Assembly: GCA_002633005.1 (NCBI GenBank)
Contig: NMRA01000474.1
Span: 62,001 to 126,000 of the forward strand
Source of the DNA: Phoronis australis
Lineage: Eukaryota > Animalia > Phoronida
Length of the DNA: 64,000 nucleotides
Direction: 5' to 3'
A program made the translations under genes and the position numbers. The notes below the pieces were generated by a model. It saw nothing but the letters and a program-made list of their open reading frames with translations, searched no databases and was not told the origin of the DNA. How positions within the stretch are numbered: position 1 is the first letter of the stretch; every line of letters starts with the position of its first letter. Below are positions 52,201-64,000 of the stretch, piece by piece.

Positions 52201-54909
52201 ATCATTGAATATCACGCCAGTTATTTCGTGGATGAAACCGGTCATCTAAATCAGGGTCCACTATATCACCCAGTGCCACCTATTGAGCCTGGCCTCCAAC
52301 AGTAATGCAGTATTTGCTCCTCCTAAGAATAGAAACCACTTCTAATTTAAATAAAGAACAAGTTGAGACTGGTTTGTTCCATAACTGTAACGATAAGCTT
52401 CCTAAATCAAAAAATTAATAATTTTGACTGAAGACAAGTTCATATCTGCATGTTTACAGTATCTTTTCATTGCTGTTTGTTAGGCCACGTTACCTTTTGG
52501 ACCTGAAGTACAAAAGCTGCCATTTCCTCCTCCTTTTTCTGAAGAGCGAGAGTGAAACCTTCGGACAACTTGGCGCGGCTGGCTTGCTGCTGTTCATTAA
52601 TCTCTTGGACCCGTTTGAGCGAGGCTGAAAATAGAAAGAGAATAACAACATCAAGCAGGTGAAGCTCCAACCACACAGGTAATAAAATAAGTCCACAACT
52701 GGGCACAGCCCTGAGTTATATCAACACACGACAAATTAGATCAACAGACAAAAGTAATCGAGCTACAGTTCAAGACAATTACAGTAAACATTCCGATGTG
52801 TGCTTCGCTAAAAGCATTAGTCATGCTTACTCGATTAGCAGACTGCGAAAGGAGGATGTTAGAAAAAATGAGTTTTGGTAATTATTTTAGACAGAAATTG
52901 ATGAGACTTTACGGTCCACTATCACATGAGCAATGAGGAACAACATACGACCTGATACATTCAAGTTCCACCCTTCAACTACAGAATGATCTCCGGAAAA
53001 TTACCATCAGTTTGTTTCTCCAGCGCTTGTTCTAACTTGTCAATCATCTTCACTTTTTCTTTTATAGTTGATGCATATTCTGAAAGACGAAGAGGCATGA
53101 TTCCGTCAGTACAAATGGTACCTTGTAGGTAAAACCCAACTCCTCAAGGTTTTGTTTTTCAACAGCTAAACAAAATGTTACACACGTTTGAAGGTAAGTT
53201 TACTGCGTGATAAAGCATAATATTCACATCTGGACAGTCCTCTAATCAGGAACATCAAATAGTTCAACAAAACAGAACCAAAGGAATGCTTCTGAACAGC
53301 AGTCCACACATTCTTCATGCGGAAATTTGTAGAACATGGAATGTTTCGGATGAATAGTGAAAAGACAGAAACTATGCTATTACGATACCATCAAGCTCAT
53401 TGCATACATGACGTGACACAATTTTAAATGAGATTAGCCATGTGGCATAGTGTGCAACAAGCTTTAAAAACATTCAGCAAATCTCCAACAAAACTGAACC
53501 TCCAGAGTCAAGTGGTTACTAAATAATACTCAGAAGGCCAACTGACCGCTGATTTTTGATTCTAGTTTCTTCACTTGGTCAGTCCTCTTCATTAGCATAG
53601 CTAGCACCTCCTCTTTTGAGTTGGCCTATTGGATAAAAATCAACAACACAGTCATCAATCACTCTAATTAGCAGAGCTAGCACCTCCTCTTTTGAGTTGG
53701 CCTATTGGATAAAGAATCAACAACACAGTCATCAATCACTCTAATTAGCAGAGCTAGCACCTCCTCTTTTGAGTTGGCCTATTGGATAAAAATCAATGAC
53801 ACAGTCATCAATCACTCTAATTAGCACATAAGTCCTTCCCATTTGATGAAATCCTTCAGATCATTTCATAAAATCAGTTTCATGGGGCAGGTCTATACAA
53901 AACAATTCTGATCAGGTAAACGATTAGCAAGATGACAGAGAACAAATAGTTCATTAAGACAGCAAACTACTGAGTTTTGAAAAGTGGTGATTTGATATTT
54001 TTACATTACTTGATTAACAGACAGAAATACCAAAACTTGTTCCAAGATAACACAGAATCTTAACCTTTCCAGAAACGTGACAAACAAAGAATAAACTTGG
54101 TAGCAATTTTAAAAGAATTAATCGAAATGATCCTTACAGAAGACTGCGAACTGTCATGGGATGACCCCATACTGGATGCTGAGTCATTTCTCCTCAGATG
54201 TGTTTGGTCTCCTGAAGTCATTAAAAAAACATTTATGTCAGAATAGAATTAAAGTAATATTTTTCTGAAATGAAGTCAGTCCAAAGTTAACCAAACTCCA
54301 GTCAGAATAACTGGACAAATTTGACTGATAGACCATACCCAAAATCACACATATTTTCTACCTCACAACATAAAAAAAGAAAGAGAGGGCTAACTAATAT
54401 TTATCACATCTCTTCGTGTAAAATGATCCAAACATAACTTTTCGTGAAGAATTAAATTTCTGAAGCCAAACAGTTTGGAAAAGTTATCAGTTTTAGTCCA
54501 CAATATATCAATTTATTTTACCCAGTGTGTTATTGCCCTGAACCCGAGGTAATTGGTTTACTCCACACAACAGAACCTTTTATCAGATTCCTTGATCAGC
54601 AGGCAACTTGAAGATAGAACAAATCTATTGACAAAATACAAGGTGCCATGAAACCGGTGGATTCTCAAATGTTTTAAAACAATTACAGTTGTCATAGTAA
54701 CCACAAAGCTGAAGCACAGCTGAGTCACCTAGTATTTACTTACCTGCAGAATTCTTGGCCAAAGGACTGGGTGCAGGTGAGGAATGGACAGCCACAGGTG
54801 GTGCTGCCCTCTGTGTAGCAATCCTGTTGACGGGACTTGCCAATCCCGGACCGGACAGTCTTCGATCCCCATGCTCTTCCTGGATCTTTTTCTTCAAGTT
54901 GGCAAACAT
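40297..54909 (-). CDS. GOLGA1: Golgin subfamily A member 1 (golgin-97), coiled coil plus GRIP domain, about 901 aa
   Basis: N-terminus [12 protein letters not shown]; GRIP domain [54 protein letters not shown]. Twenty phase-consistent exons: 54909-54744, 54211-54138, 53625-53547, 53079-53005, 52624-52494, 51202-51074, 50031-49792, 49049-48954, 48357-48229, 47736-47641, 47023-46928, 46454-46359, 45430-45278, 44820-44569, 44231-44129, 43742-43561, 42624-42508, 41874-41725, 41278-41096, 40455-40297. Confidence 0.93.
51198..51300. repeat. 53-bp tandem duplication spanning a GOLGA1 splice acceptor
   Basis: TTCTCCTACAATATAGACATAAGCTGGTCACTYACAGCCTCTCTAACCC occurs twice. Confidence 0.9.
53592..53827. 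repeat. 76/77-bp tandem triplication spanning a GOLGA1 splice acceptor
   Basis: GCTAGCACCTCCTCTTTTGAGTTGGCCTATTGGATAAAAATCAACAACACAGTCATCAATCACTCTAATTAGCA occurs three times. Confidence 0.92.
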
Positions 54910-55387
54910 GATTACTGTAGGGAAACACAAGAAAATGCAATGGAGAATTAGAAATTCACCAGGTGGCACTAGTGTAGCCCACAGAAATGCAGAAATGTCT
55001 GCAATCAGGTACTCGTGTGGGTTCCTCATTCTACAAGCACTGAGGTGCATTCTGACATCAATCTGTTCAGATATTGAATAGTACCACCTTCTTTCCTTAG
55101 CGCCACCTGGTGGATATCGAGTCCTCCATTCAACAACTCAGTGATGCAGGTGGAGGTAATCAATCCTTTATGAAATATCACAGGGCACTAACCTCGGAAC
55201 CCTTACCATCCAAACAAACGTTTTGGTACAATGTGCTGCATGAATAATAACCATGCTCAACGAACTGTTACCATACACAGTTTTTAGTGTGAGAACCCAG
55301 CAGTACATGGTAAGTGCGCTCGTATGTAGATTCACTTCTTCAAGCGTGTTGAGCTTGGCACATGTTGTAACTTGTAGCAAGTGGTAA

Positions 55388-55511
55388 GGTACTGCTCTCA
55401 TGGTAATGGTACTGCTCTCATGGTAATGGTTCTGCACTCATGGTAATGGTACTGCTCTCATGGTAATGGTACTGCTCTCATGTTAATGGTACTGCTCTCA
55501 TGGTAATGGTT
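55388..55511. repeat. 20-bp minisatellite
   Basis: About 6 copies of GGTACTGCTCTCATGGTAAT. Confidence 0.9.
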
Positions 55512-58367
55512 CAGCTCAGAGAAAAGAGCCAAGCGGCCTGTTGCAAGGGTTTGTTTCCACTCAACGTTCATTTGACAAATAGTTTACACCGACTGTTTGA
55601 CAATGAGGTGTAAGTTAAGACATTGAGTTGCAGCAGGAAGACATTTTCCAGAACCGGACATTAAGTCTGGCAATAATGATGTGTCAAACATGGTCCAAGA
55701 TTAAAATTTCTGTACCTTCAACGATTTTTATTAAGAAACTTTGCTTAATAAATAAAATTTCTTAATTTTGTTGGCATGCAACTTTTGTGAATTTTGTCTT
55801 CCCAGGTTACTACCTTTTGACGCGACACCAAATTAAAAACTGCAGGTCAAAAAAAAAATTTGTATCATTCGAACTTTTGATAGATTCTTTACTCACAAAC
55901 ACAAATACTGGTAGTCAGGAGTACCAAGCTATATACTAGTACATATCAGTGCAGTCGCTGTCATTGGTTCAGTTAGTAAATTTCTGCTAACAAGCAAGTT
56001 GTAACTTAAAATTTACCAGACTTACCAGACTTTTTCAGTTTGGGTTGACATAAGAACTAAGTAAACAGAACTTCCATCACAAAAACAAATTTTGTTTTAC
56101 TACATCTACCATAACAAAATAAGTCTCAAGTTGCTCCATGTTCAAACTGAAGGTGATTTCAGGGCTTCCAAAAATTGACATTTTGCTGTAGTTGCTCAAG
56201 ACAAGGCTCTACAATTCACAGTATGTAATTTAATACAAAGATCACGGTCTTTTATACATATTACATATTTATTATCATTGATGAACAAGTACAAGAACAA
56301 AAACATGCACTCATACACGCATGCACATCTCAGGAAAAACCATTCTCGCATAAAGTAAACAGCTGCTATATGGAGACAACGTGAACAATAAAATTTTCCC
56401 ATTTCCCAGAAAAGCTGCCATACACAAAACTTTTATGTGCAATAAATTTTTCAGCATTACAGTAATTGTGAGTATATGAAAGAAACTTGTGAATTTTTTA
56501 AGAGACATATCCTTGTAAATATCAAGTGTCTCATTAACCGAGTAAGGTCTTAACGAAAAATAAAATGCCAGTTCCTTGTAAACCCAGAAATCACATAGTT
56601 GAGACTAACAGGAATTTTAGAGCCATAAGTAGCAGAAATTAAAAGTTCCTTTCTTAGACATCATGAGGATTCAGCTCAGTATCAAGAAAATTTAGTAATT
56701 TCAACATTAACTTGTCTTACTACCAAAACAATAACGTTAATTAAATCTCCCGGTAGTGTTTGACCTATGTCATGAAAAGCTTTCTAGTCAGTTAGTATTA
56801 CCCACACGCAAGATTTCTTGTGATAAGGATTCATAACCTTTTTAACTGCTTTTAAATGTTTCTAACACATCAAAGCAAGTATGTTATGCATCAAAACAAT
56901 TTATATACTTAGGATGTCAAAGCACCCAAGTAATAAGCTTACATTGTCTTTGTAACATGCAATTAATTGCCTACTTCCCTCTTTCTTATGTAATTTTACA
57001 TGGGTCCTGTTGTATTATACATGTAAACTTAATGTCTTAGACTGCATGGAGGTTCTATAACACAGTAGCACCAGCACTGTCAAGATCAGTTCTGTTCTCA
57101 TAACCGCATTTGTTTAATAATGAACAGAATTCATTTTCTTTTGAAAACTCGTATTTTCGTGCTGGAGAAAAGGAACGCTGTTCATAAGTAAAGAATGCGA
57201 TTGGTGAGAAATGAACTGAACTCAGAATAGAATTTCTTAGAAAAAGAATTGTGAATACAATATGGCGGACAAGTGAAATGTTTTATTTTGTCATTTTTGT
57301 TCGTAAAAGATGAGCAGCACAAAATATGATATATAATTTCCAAGCTGTGTACCATAGCCTTGACTACCCCCAACACAATAAACATTTTAAAAAGTGTGTC
57401 TGTTCTCAACAACCTAAGAAGCCCATGACATGAAATTATTTTTATCTGAAATTGATCAAACTTTACCGTATGATAAAGAGGCAGTATGTTATTAATGAAA
57501 ACATGCATACGAACTGCGATGAGGTCATCCTCTATAATGATCAAACAACCAGAGGCAGAATAGAATCCATCTCCCACCTCTCTGTAATATACTTGTTCAG
57601 AACAATATGCAAATCGCCCTGAGCCACTTTCACATGGTAAATCAATTAATATAATGCAGCACGATTTTAGTATTCACCATGACCTGACCACCCACATACA
57701 GGTACACATGCTTAGAAAGGCATTAGACCTTTACACAAACCAACTTGCACTAAAGGAACACGATGGGTGCCTGTTCAGTTGCAAATACGTGAATTCCGAA
57801 AAAAAAAACATCCAAATCAAGTGATTGACTTAAGGGATACTAATCCATGGTGAATTCAAATAATCCTTGTTCTGTCACTGGAAATGCATCACTGGCAACA
57901 ATTTTCCAAGTTTAAGGCAGGAATCAACTAAAAATTAACACTCCCTATGTCACAGATTGGATATCATGATTCTTGGTGGATTTTCTTTCCTCACAGTTGC
58001 CTTGTACTTCACTAAAAGCGCAGGTCACGCTTGCCTGTCTAGCCGACTTTGAAAGGGGTTTTCAAATTTCCTCAGAGGGCTTTTACAGACCATTATCTTA
58101 TTTCAGAGAATTGGGTGGAATATTGATTTTCAATACGAATTAACAATGTTAAAATCAGGGTAGACAGCTTTTAATGACTGACAGTAAACACAAATAAAAA
58201 CATTTTTACTTACAGACACTCGATGACTAAACTCATTTTGGGAGAACGTGCAAGCCTTCAAGAAATTTAACCAATACTTCAAAAGGGCAGCTAAGAACTT
58301 ATGGAAATTTTTAGAAAATAGGACCATGGGTATAAATTTTCGGGGAGCTTGTTTACAAAAATACCGA

Positions 58368-58606
58368 GGAGGCAGTGTGGCCTGGTTGATAAGTGCCCGC
58401 TTTCTTCACTCGAGGTCGTGGGTTCGAGTCCCACCAGGTCACACTGCTAAGCCCTTGAGCCAGGTTTCTAGCTCCTCAGCTCGGTTTTAACCATATATTA
58501 ATAAAGCATGAAAATATTTCCAGTTGATCAGTGCAATGGGCCCACATGCGAGGCCTGCGCACATCTGGTACAACGTGTATCAGACCGCCTGCAATTATTT
58601 TTTTTT
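58368..58606 (+). mobile_element. tRNA-derived SINE with target-site duplication
   Basis: Same family (GGAGGCAGTGTGGCC...GGTTCGAGTCCC...GCAATTATTTTT), flanked by the direct repeat ACAAAAATACC at 58355-58365 and 58607-58617. Confidence 0.88.
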
Positions 58607-59777
58607 ACAAAAATACCCACTAATCGTAAGCTTGAGCCAACACACGATGGTTATAATGGAGGCCAATTCCTAATCAAGCAGACACCTGGATGGTTTGATT
58701 CACAGGTCAGGCATCGAATCTGACTCAGTAAATATCATACCCATGTGGGTTCATGCATACCCATGTGGGTTCATGCACAAGGTATGTGTATAAAGAAACT
58801 CGAAAATCAGTGACGAGTTTGGCTTAGACCTACTCCCATCGAGTTTGAAAACCTATACATTAACAAATTTGAATGAGAGATCCGTAAAGCAAATTAAGAC
58901 AACTTTGATTTTTGGCATCAGTTCCATTCACTTATTCCAAGATACACAAACTCCACACACTTAGGAAATGAGGCCAGAAAAGAAAACTTATAAACTAAGC
59001 TAACAAAGACAAATTTCAATTTCTTAGGGTCTGTGAAAAGACTAAAAAACAGTCAAATAATGAGCACTGTAAATAATCATGGAGTTAGGCAAAATAAAAA
59101 TGGCCAGGGGTGAATCATTATCGAGGTCAATGGGAAAAACTATCAAAATTGCCTCCAAGATAATGTGCTCATAAATTCAGTGCCTCTTAAAAATAAGGTC
59201 ATGAAAGACCTTATTGTAGTGAGGCGTTATTTGACTACTCTCACTGCTGCGCTGGCCTTTAGCCGCGCACACCTTCTGTTGGCATCAGAAGTCGACTGTT
59301 GTGCGTTTTGGTGATTGCCACCGTTGGCTGTCCCAGCTCTTATGCCAGCGCTGGCCAATGAGGGCGCTACATGAATATTCAATGGCCCTTCTGCGGCCGA
59401 TACAAAAGACTGGCGCAAGGACTGGACCGGGGCTTTACGAATAATGATGATTGAACTCAACCGACTCACATATTGACCCTAGGAACCTAGGAGCACCTAT
59501 AGTGTTATTACAAGGTAAGACACTTTGGAATTTACTACATTATTGACAAGTCCGTGCATTCAATTTGTTGTATGTGAACCTGGAATCCTAGCTACTTAAT
59601 CTTATTTACATCAGTCTGGGAAGCAAGTTGAAAGTTTATTTATCCTTGCAGCTGTTTCTAATGTGTTAAATGGGTACGATTCAATGAATTAGAATTTAAA
59701 TGTCTGTCCTAATCAGTTGATAGATGGAGTCTGTGGCACTGGTCGAAAATAAACTAGAGAATTAGTGATGACAGCAG

Positions 59778-60115
59778 TCCCTGTTTTTGAGAACCAGTTT
59801 CATCCCCGTATTCCATAACAGGCCCCTTATTCAGTGGGTGTCTAGCCATGTTCTCAAAATCATATGTCGCCCCCTCTGGGTACTGGCTGGATAGCGGTCC
59901 CTGATCTAAAGAACCAGGCAACCATTGAGTAGAGGACCAGTTCTGTAGTGGATGAAACTAGTTCTCTCTAAATCAGAGACTGGTATATCCGACCAGTGCT
60001 CATTACCTCCCCAGTAGTCGGATAGGTGGGGTCCCCGATTTAAAACCGATTTGAGAACCAGTCACTCCCACTGAATAAGAGGCATTATTCAGTGGGAGTA
60101 ACTGGTTCTCAAATC
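59778..60115. repeat. Cluster of a short palindromic repeat family (GAGAACCAGT...ACTGGTTCTC)
   Basis: Several degenerate copies plus a near-perfect hairpin at 60048-60115. Relatives at about 1781-1850, 7380-7440, 45143-45220 and 52185-52262. Confidence 0.7.
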
Positions 60116-61525
60116 AAAAAGTTATGCTCTTAGTATCATTAGACGTGGGCAGGGTGGAGGGGAATTTGGTACAGCCATGCACTCAGCTCAATCAAGTCGG
60201 AGGTTTGTCCCTCTGTTACAGATCTACACGTCAAGTGACAAGTTAAACATTGTTCGATTGATTCGGATGTTAGGCTTTTGGATTATGGTAAAACGAAATA
60301 TGAACTAATCACTAAGCTGCTTCAGTGTAACCTTATTCAAGTGATAAGCATATTTTGCAATTCCAACTTTCAAACCGTGTGAAACACTGGCTTCCAAGTT
60401 TTATTTCCTACTCACCGACTGTAAACACAGCCAACTCACCACCACATTGGATTTCACTAAAATGCGAAGTATACTCTCCGCTTGTTGTCATTTACCTTTT
60501 TGTTGCTGTTGTCGTTGTCATTATTAATCATTGTTTTTGATTTTTTTGAAAAACAAAATTTTGTGTTTAGTCATGGATGTTTTGTAATATTCTATGCACG
60601 GCGTTGGTCTTTTATAAAAAATATGAAATTGGAACTGTTGCCATCTATTGTGAAACTCTAAAACTAAATGCTAGCACCTGACACTAGTACTGAAAAACTT
60701 AAAGCCTTCGAAAATGAAAGCTGTGCCGCCGGGGTGGTCAGGCGGCGGGTTGAACGCGCAAGTCGCTGGGACCCGCGCCACTGTGCAAAATAATCTATCG
60801 GAAATCTGAATAAAGAGCTATTTTGATTAGAAAAAAGCGTTGTGCGTTGTCGAGCAAGTGCTCATTTTTGAGCAGGCACAGATGCACGGCAAGTAACGGG
60901 CACCGACGGGCAGACGGTCCGACAAAAACTTGATTTGACTTTAGTTGGCCCCCTGACGGCTCGCCGAAAGCCGATCCGGCTATTTCAGAAATAGCAAATC
61001 GGATTCATTCTTATACATTGTTTAAACTGTTCCGACTTGTTAGAAGGGGCTATCAAATACAACTTTTGGCCTTTGCACCGACGCGGAAACGCCGAATCAC
61101 TGGCACCTACTGAAAAGGCGTCACTGTCATTTGTGAGATTTCCGAGTCGTCGGTATTGAATATAATCAAATGAAATTTTAACATGTTATTGGAATTAACC
61201 GTGTTTTTTTTTTGGCATTCTATCAATATAATTTCATTTTGGCTTGACCTACAATCCGCCGTTAGCTCAGTAAACAACGAATCGGACCAACAAGAAGCCA
61301 GTCAGTACTTGAAGGGCTCAGTCGCATAATATCTGCGGGTTAACACTTGCTGTGTGTTATGAGACTCAATGAGAGTTCTGGCATGTATAACTCATAGGTT
61401 AGAATATTTACCTCTCTAACTATAACAGGCTAAACGACGACTCAAGAACTTAAAACGCTAGCGTTTATTGGGTAGGATAACCCTACGGAAATGAGTGAGA
61501 CGGCCGCCGGGTGTTTATAACGTAC

Positions 61526-61580
61526 CTTCATGTCTGCTTTCGGAAGGAACCCATTTTACAAAATTGCAGAGTAGCGCCCT
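61526..61580 (-). promoter_or_regulatory. Probable non-coding first exon / TSS region of GOLGA1
   Basis: Donor AAG|gtacgt at 61526/61525 in a CpG-enriched region, with a YY1-like AAAATGG. The first coding exon has an acceptor at 54915, only 5 nt before the ATG, so an upstream exon must exist. Confidence 0.45.
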
Positions 61581-64000
61581 ATGAGATTTTAACTTGTTGG
61601 CTTTCTGATAATGTACGAGTTGAGAAGAAAATTGTCTTGTTCCGTGTAAGTTAACTGTGAACGTTGTTTATTAGGTTGTATTTTTGTGTTTTTATTTTTT
61701 CACGAGATATGCGTTTTTGGTAATTGTTTGTCTTTGAACAGAGGCATAAAAAACGTTGTTGCTCGACTCATCTTTGTGTTGCTCCGAGCATTTTCGAGAG
61801 AACCCGTATCTCAGAGTTTGGAAATAGGTCTTAATTGACTTTTTAGAGTATTTTGAGCAAAAACGGCTGCTCTCTTGATTTTTAAAGCTTCGATCCAACC
61901 CACCCACCCCCCGCCCCGCCCTCCCCACGGTCAACCCCAGCTCTTACTCAGTTTAGTCTGTAAGTTTTACCGAGATTTCAGAGTGCTTGTTATTGTTATT
62001 GTAATGTGTTCAAAACGCATTGGGCATGAGCTGGTGGCGCTTTTTATTGCCCGTCTTACCAGAGATTACCTATTATACGTTATTTACCTGTATTCATTTT
62101 ATTGTAATTGTACTAGTCATAATAAATGACCTTATATCGCCTACCTCGGTCTCCTTTTCATATCTGGTTACGAGCTTGCGACGCACGTATCATTTATCTA
62201 TTATCCGGGACATATGTCGATCATAAATCCAAGTTACGTTGCCCTCATCTGTCGCCTGACACCTGCGGGGCGGCATTTAAGAATCGTTACGCATGTTTCA
62301 ACAGGGTAATTTGAAAAAAAAGACCGAGACTGTGTACCAGGGACCTCAAAACCCTATACTTTTTAAATGTAACTCTTCGAAACACACTTTGCGATTAAAA
62401 AAATAAAAAATATGTTTAGTTCAAAATCTTAATAACTCTAAACACCGTGGACAAGGGCCTACTGCTCGATGAGCCGGTAGCATGCAGTGGATTTTGAAAT
62501 TTTGTTGAAACGTTCCCAAGTTTGTAGATCTAAGCCATTTCACATTTTCATCAGATTAACTTCAATTAATGGGGTGCTGCGGCGCCCATCCAAGTGTATT
62601 ATCTCCAGTCAAGTGCCATTTAGTGACCAGTGGCGCGCAGTGAAACACATGGTCTTTTGTAATATCTCGAATGTATGAGCTATCTTAATTTTTTGATCAT
62701 TTTTGAGTTTCTGGAGAATCATTCGCAGAAGGCAATTTTTCTGTTCAGGGCCTTTAGTAATTCAACAGTAGGGCTCTCCATTTACAACAGCCTGGTGTGA
62801 TATTGATTGAGGCATCTTTTTGAAGCCCTGTGGCCCTGAATACTTTTCTCATGATACAACAGTGGAAATAGTCACTGCCAGTAGTTTTCTAAATACAGTT
62901 TTGATGTTGAAGGTCATGCAAGAAACAAACAACACATATCACAATTATCTAAAACTATCACTGTTCACAGTTTAGCAGGTTGGTTGCAAAGCTCAAAATT
63001 GAGAAATAGCAAAGTTATATAAAAAGTTTTAACAGAACATATTCTCTTGAAACTTTGCTTATCACAATGGGCAAGACAATTAGGTAATTTCTGGTCATTA
63101 AATAAGCACCACTCTCGTTGGTCAATATATGTGGCTAATCAAGACAACTGTCAGTGTCAACAAGTTTGTTTATTCAAGATTGTACGAAGGTGACATCTAT
63201 TGGTAGCCTCATAATTTTCAGGTTATAACTAAAAACAGTGGCTTACAACTGAAGAACAGAGCCAATTATTCACAAAATAATAAGTTCAAATTGACCAAGA
63301 CCGCACACAAGAATTGTATGGCAATTTCACAGTGGAAATTTACTACATATCACCTTATAACAAGCTCGGCTGAAATGCATCACTTCCACTCCTGGGCAGT
63401 AATGTCACTGAATTTACATACACTCATGAAATAAATTAATGACAAAAATCCCCAAATTACAGCTTAATTGGCAGCCCCTCAGTGGATACAGTTTTGAAAT
63501 GCACCCCATCAATTTTCTTAGAAACACCCTCATAATCTATCTAGAAACTTTTCAGGACTGTATTCATCCAAAAAAAAAACTTTTGTGGGAACATTTTGGC
63601 ACAGACCACAGTTGTGATGTCATGATGGCATAACTACACAACTTTCTCACTACAGCTGCTATGGTCACAACTTTTGATATCCACCATTTACCCTTACCAT
63701 ATTGGTCTCAAATTGTTCCTTAGGTAAAATGAAACATAAACACTGACTATTGTTTGAAACAAAGCTCTACAACTTTATTGCCAGGGGGTTTCCCTTTATT
63801 TGCCAAGCCTGATCACCAACAATAACAAAGTGTCAGTCAGACCAAGAACCACTCCTCATCTGAATAACAAACAAGCTTTAATTCAAAAGACTAACTTTGT
63901 ATCAGTTAGTGGTCTAAATCAAAATTACGTTTCTTTGACAGAATATTGGTTCATTACCGCTTTAAAAATGACCAGTGTGTGAACCATGTTACCCAAAACT

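Overview
Intron-rich animal genomic DNA from an AT-rich invertebrate-type draft assembly, with three single-N joins plus one inside a MITE and a 179-N gap. The ORF track is mostly uninformative, so I assembled exons by hand from splice sites and reading frame. Six protein-coding genes are present: the 3' end of a centrosomin/CDK5RAP2-myomegalin gene (+), a CD151/TSPAN11-like tetraspanin (-), FKBPL (-), RPL35 (-), ARPC5 (+) and GOLGA1/golgin-97 (-). The RPL35(-)/ARPC5(+)/GOLGA1(-) trio matches human 9q33.3 in order and orientation. With CDK5RAP2/PDE4DIP and FKBPL, five of the six genes have human homologs in the MHC paralogon (1q21-25, 6p21.3, 9q33), so this may be a piece of the ancestral proto-MHC linkage group. 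Other signals include a U12 minor intron in ARPC5, a TOP/TCT start for RPL35, tandemly duplicated splice acceptors in GOLGA1, a recursive-type AG|GTTAGT exon in the CM2 region, tRNA-derived SINEs, MITEs, a decayed LTR retrotransposon and probable uncollapsed haplotypes. I found no clearly new multi-gene system. Gene identities rest on recalled protein sequences, not on database searches.
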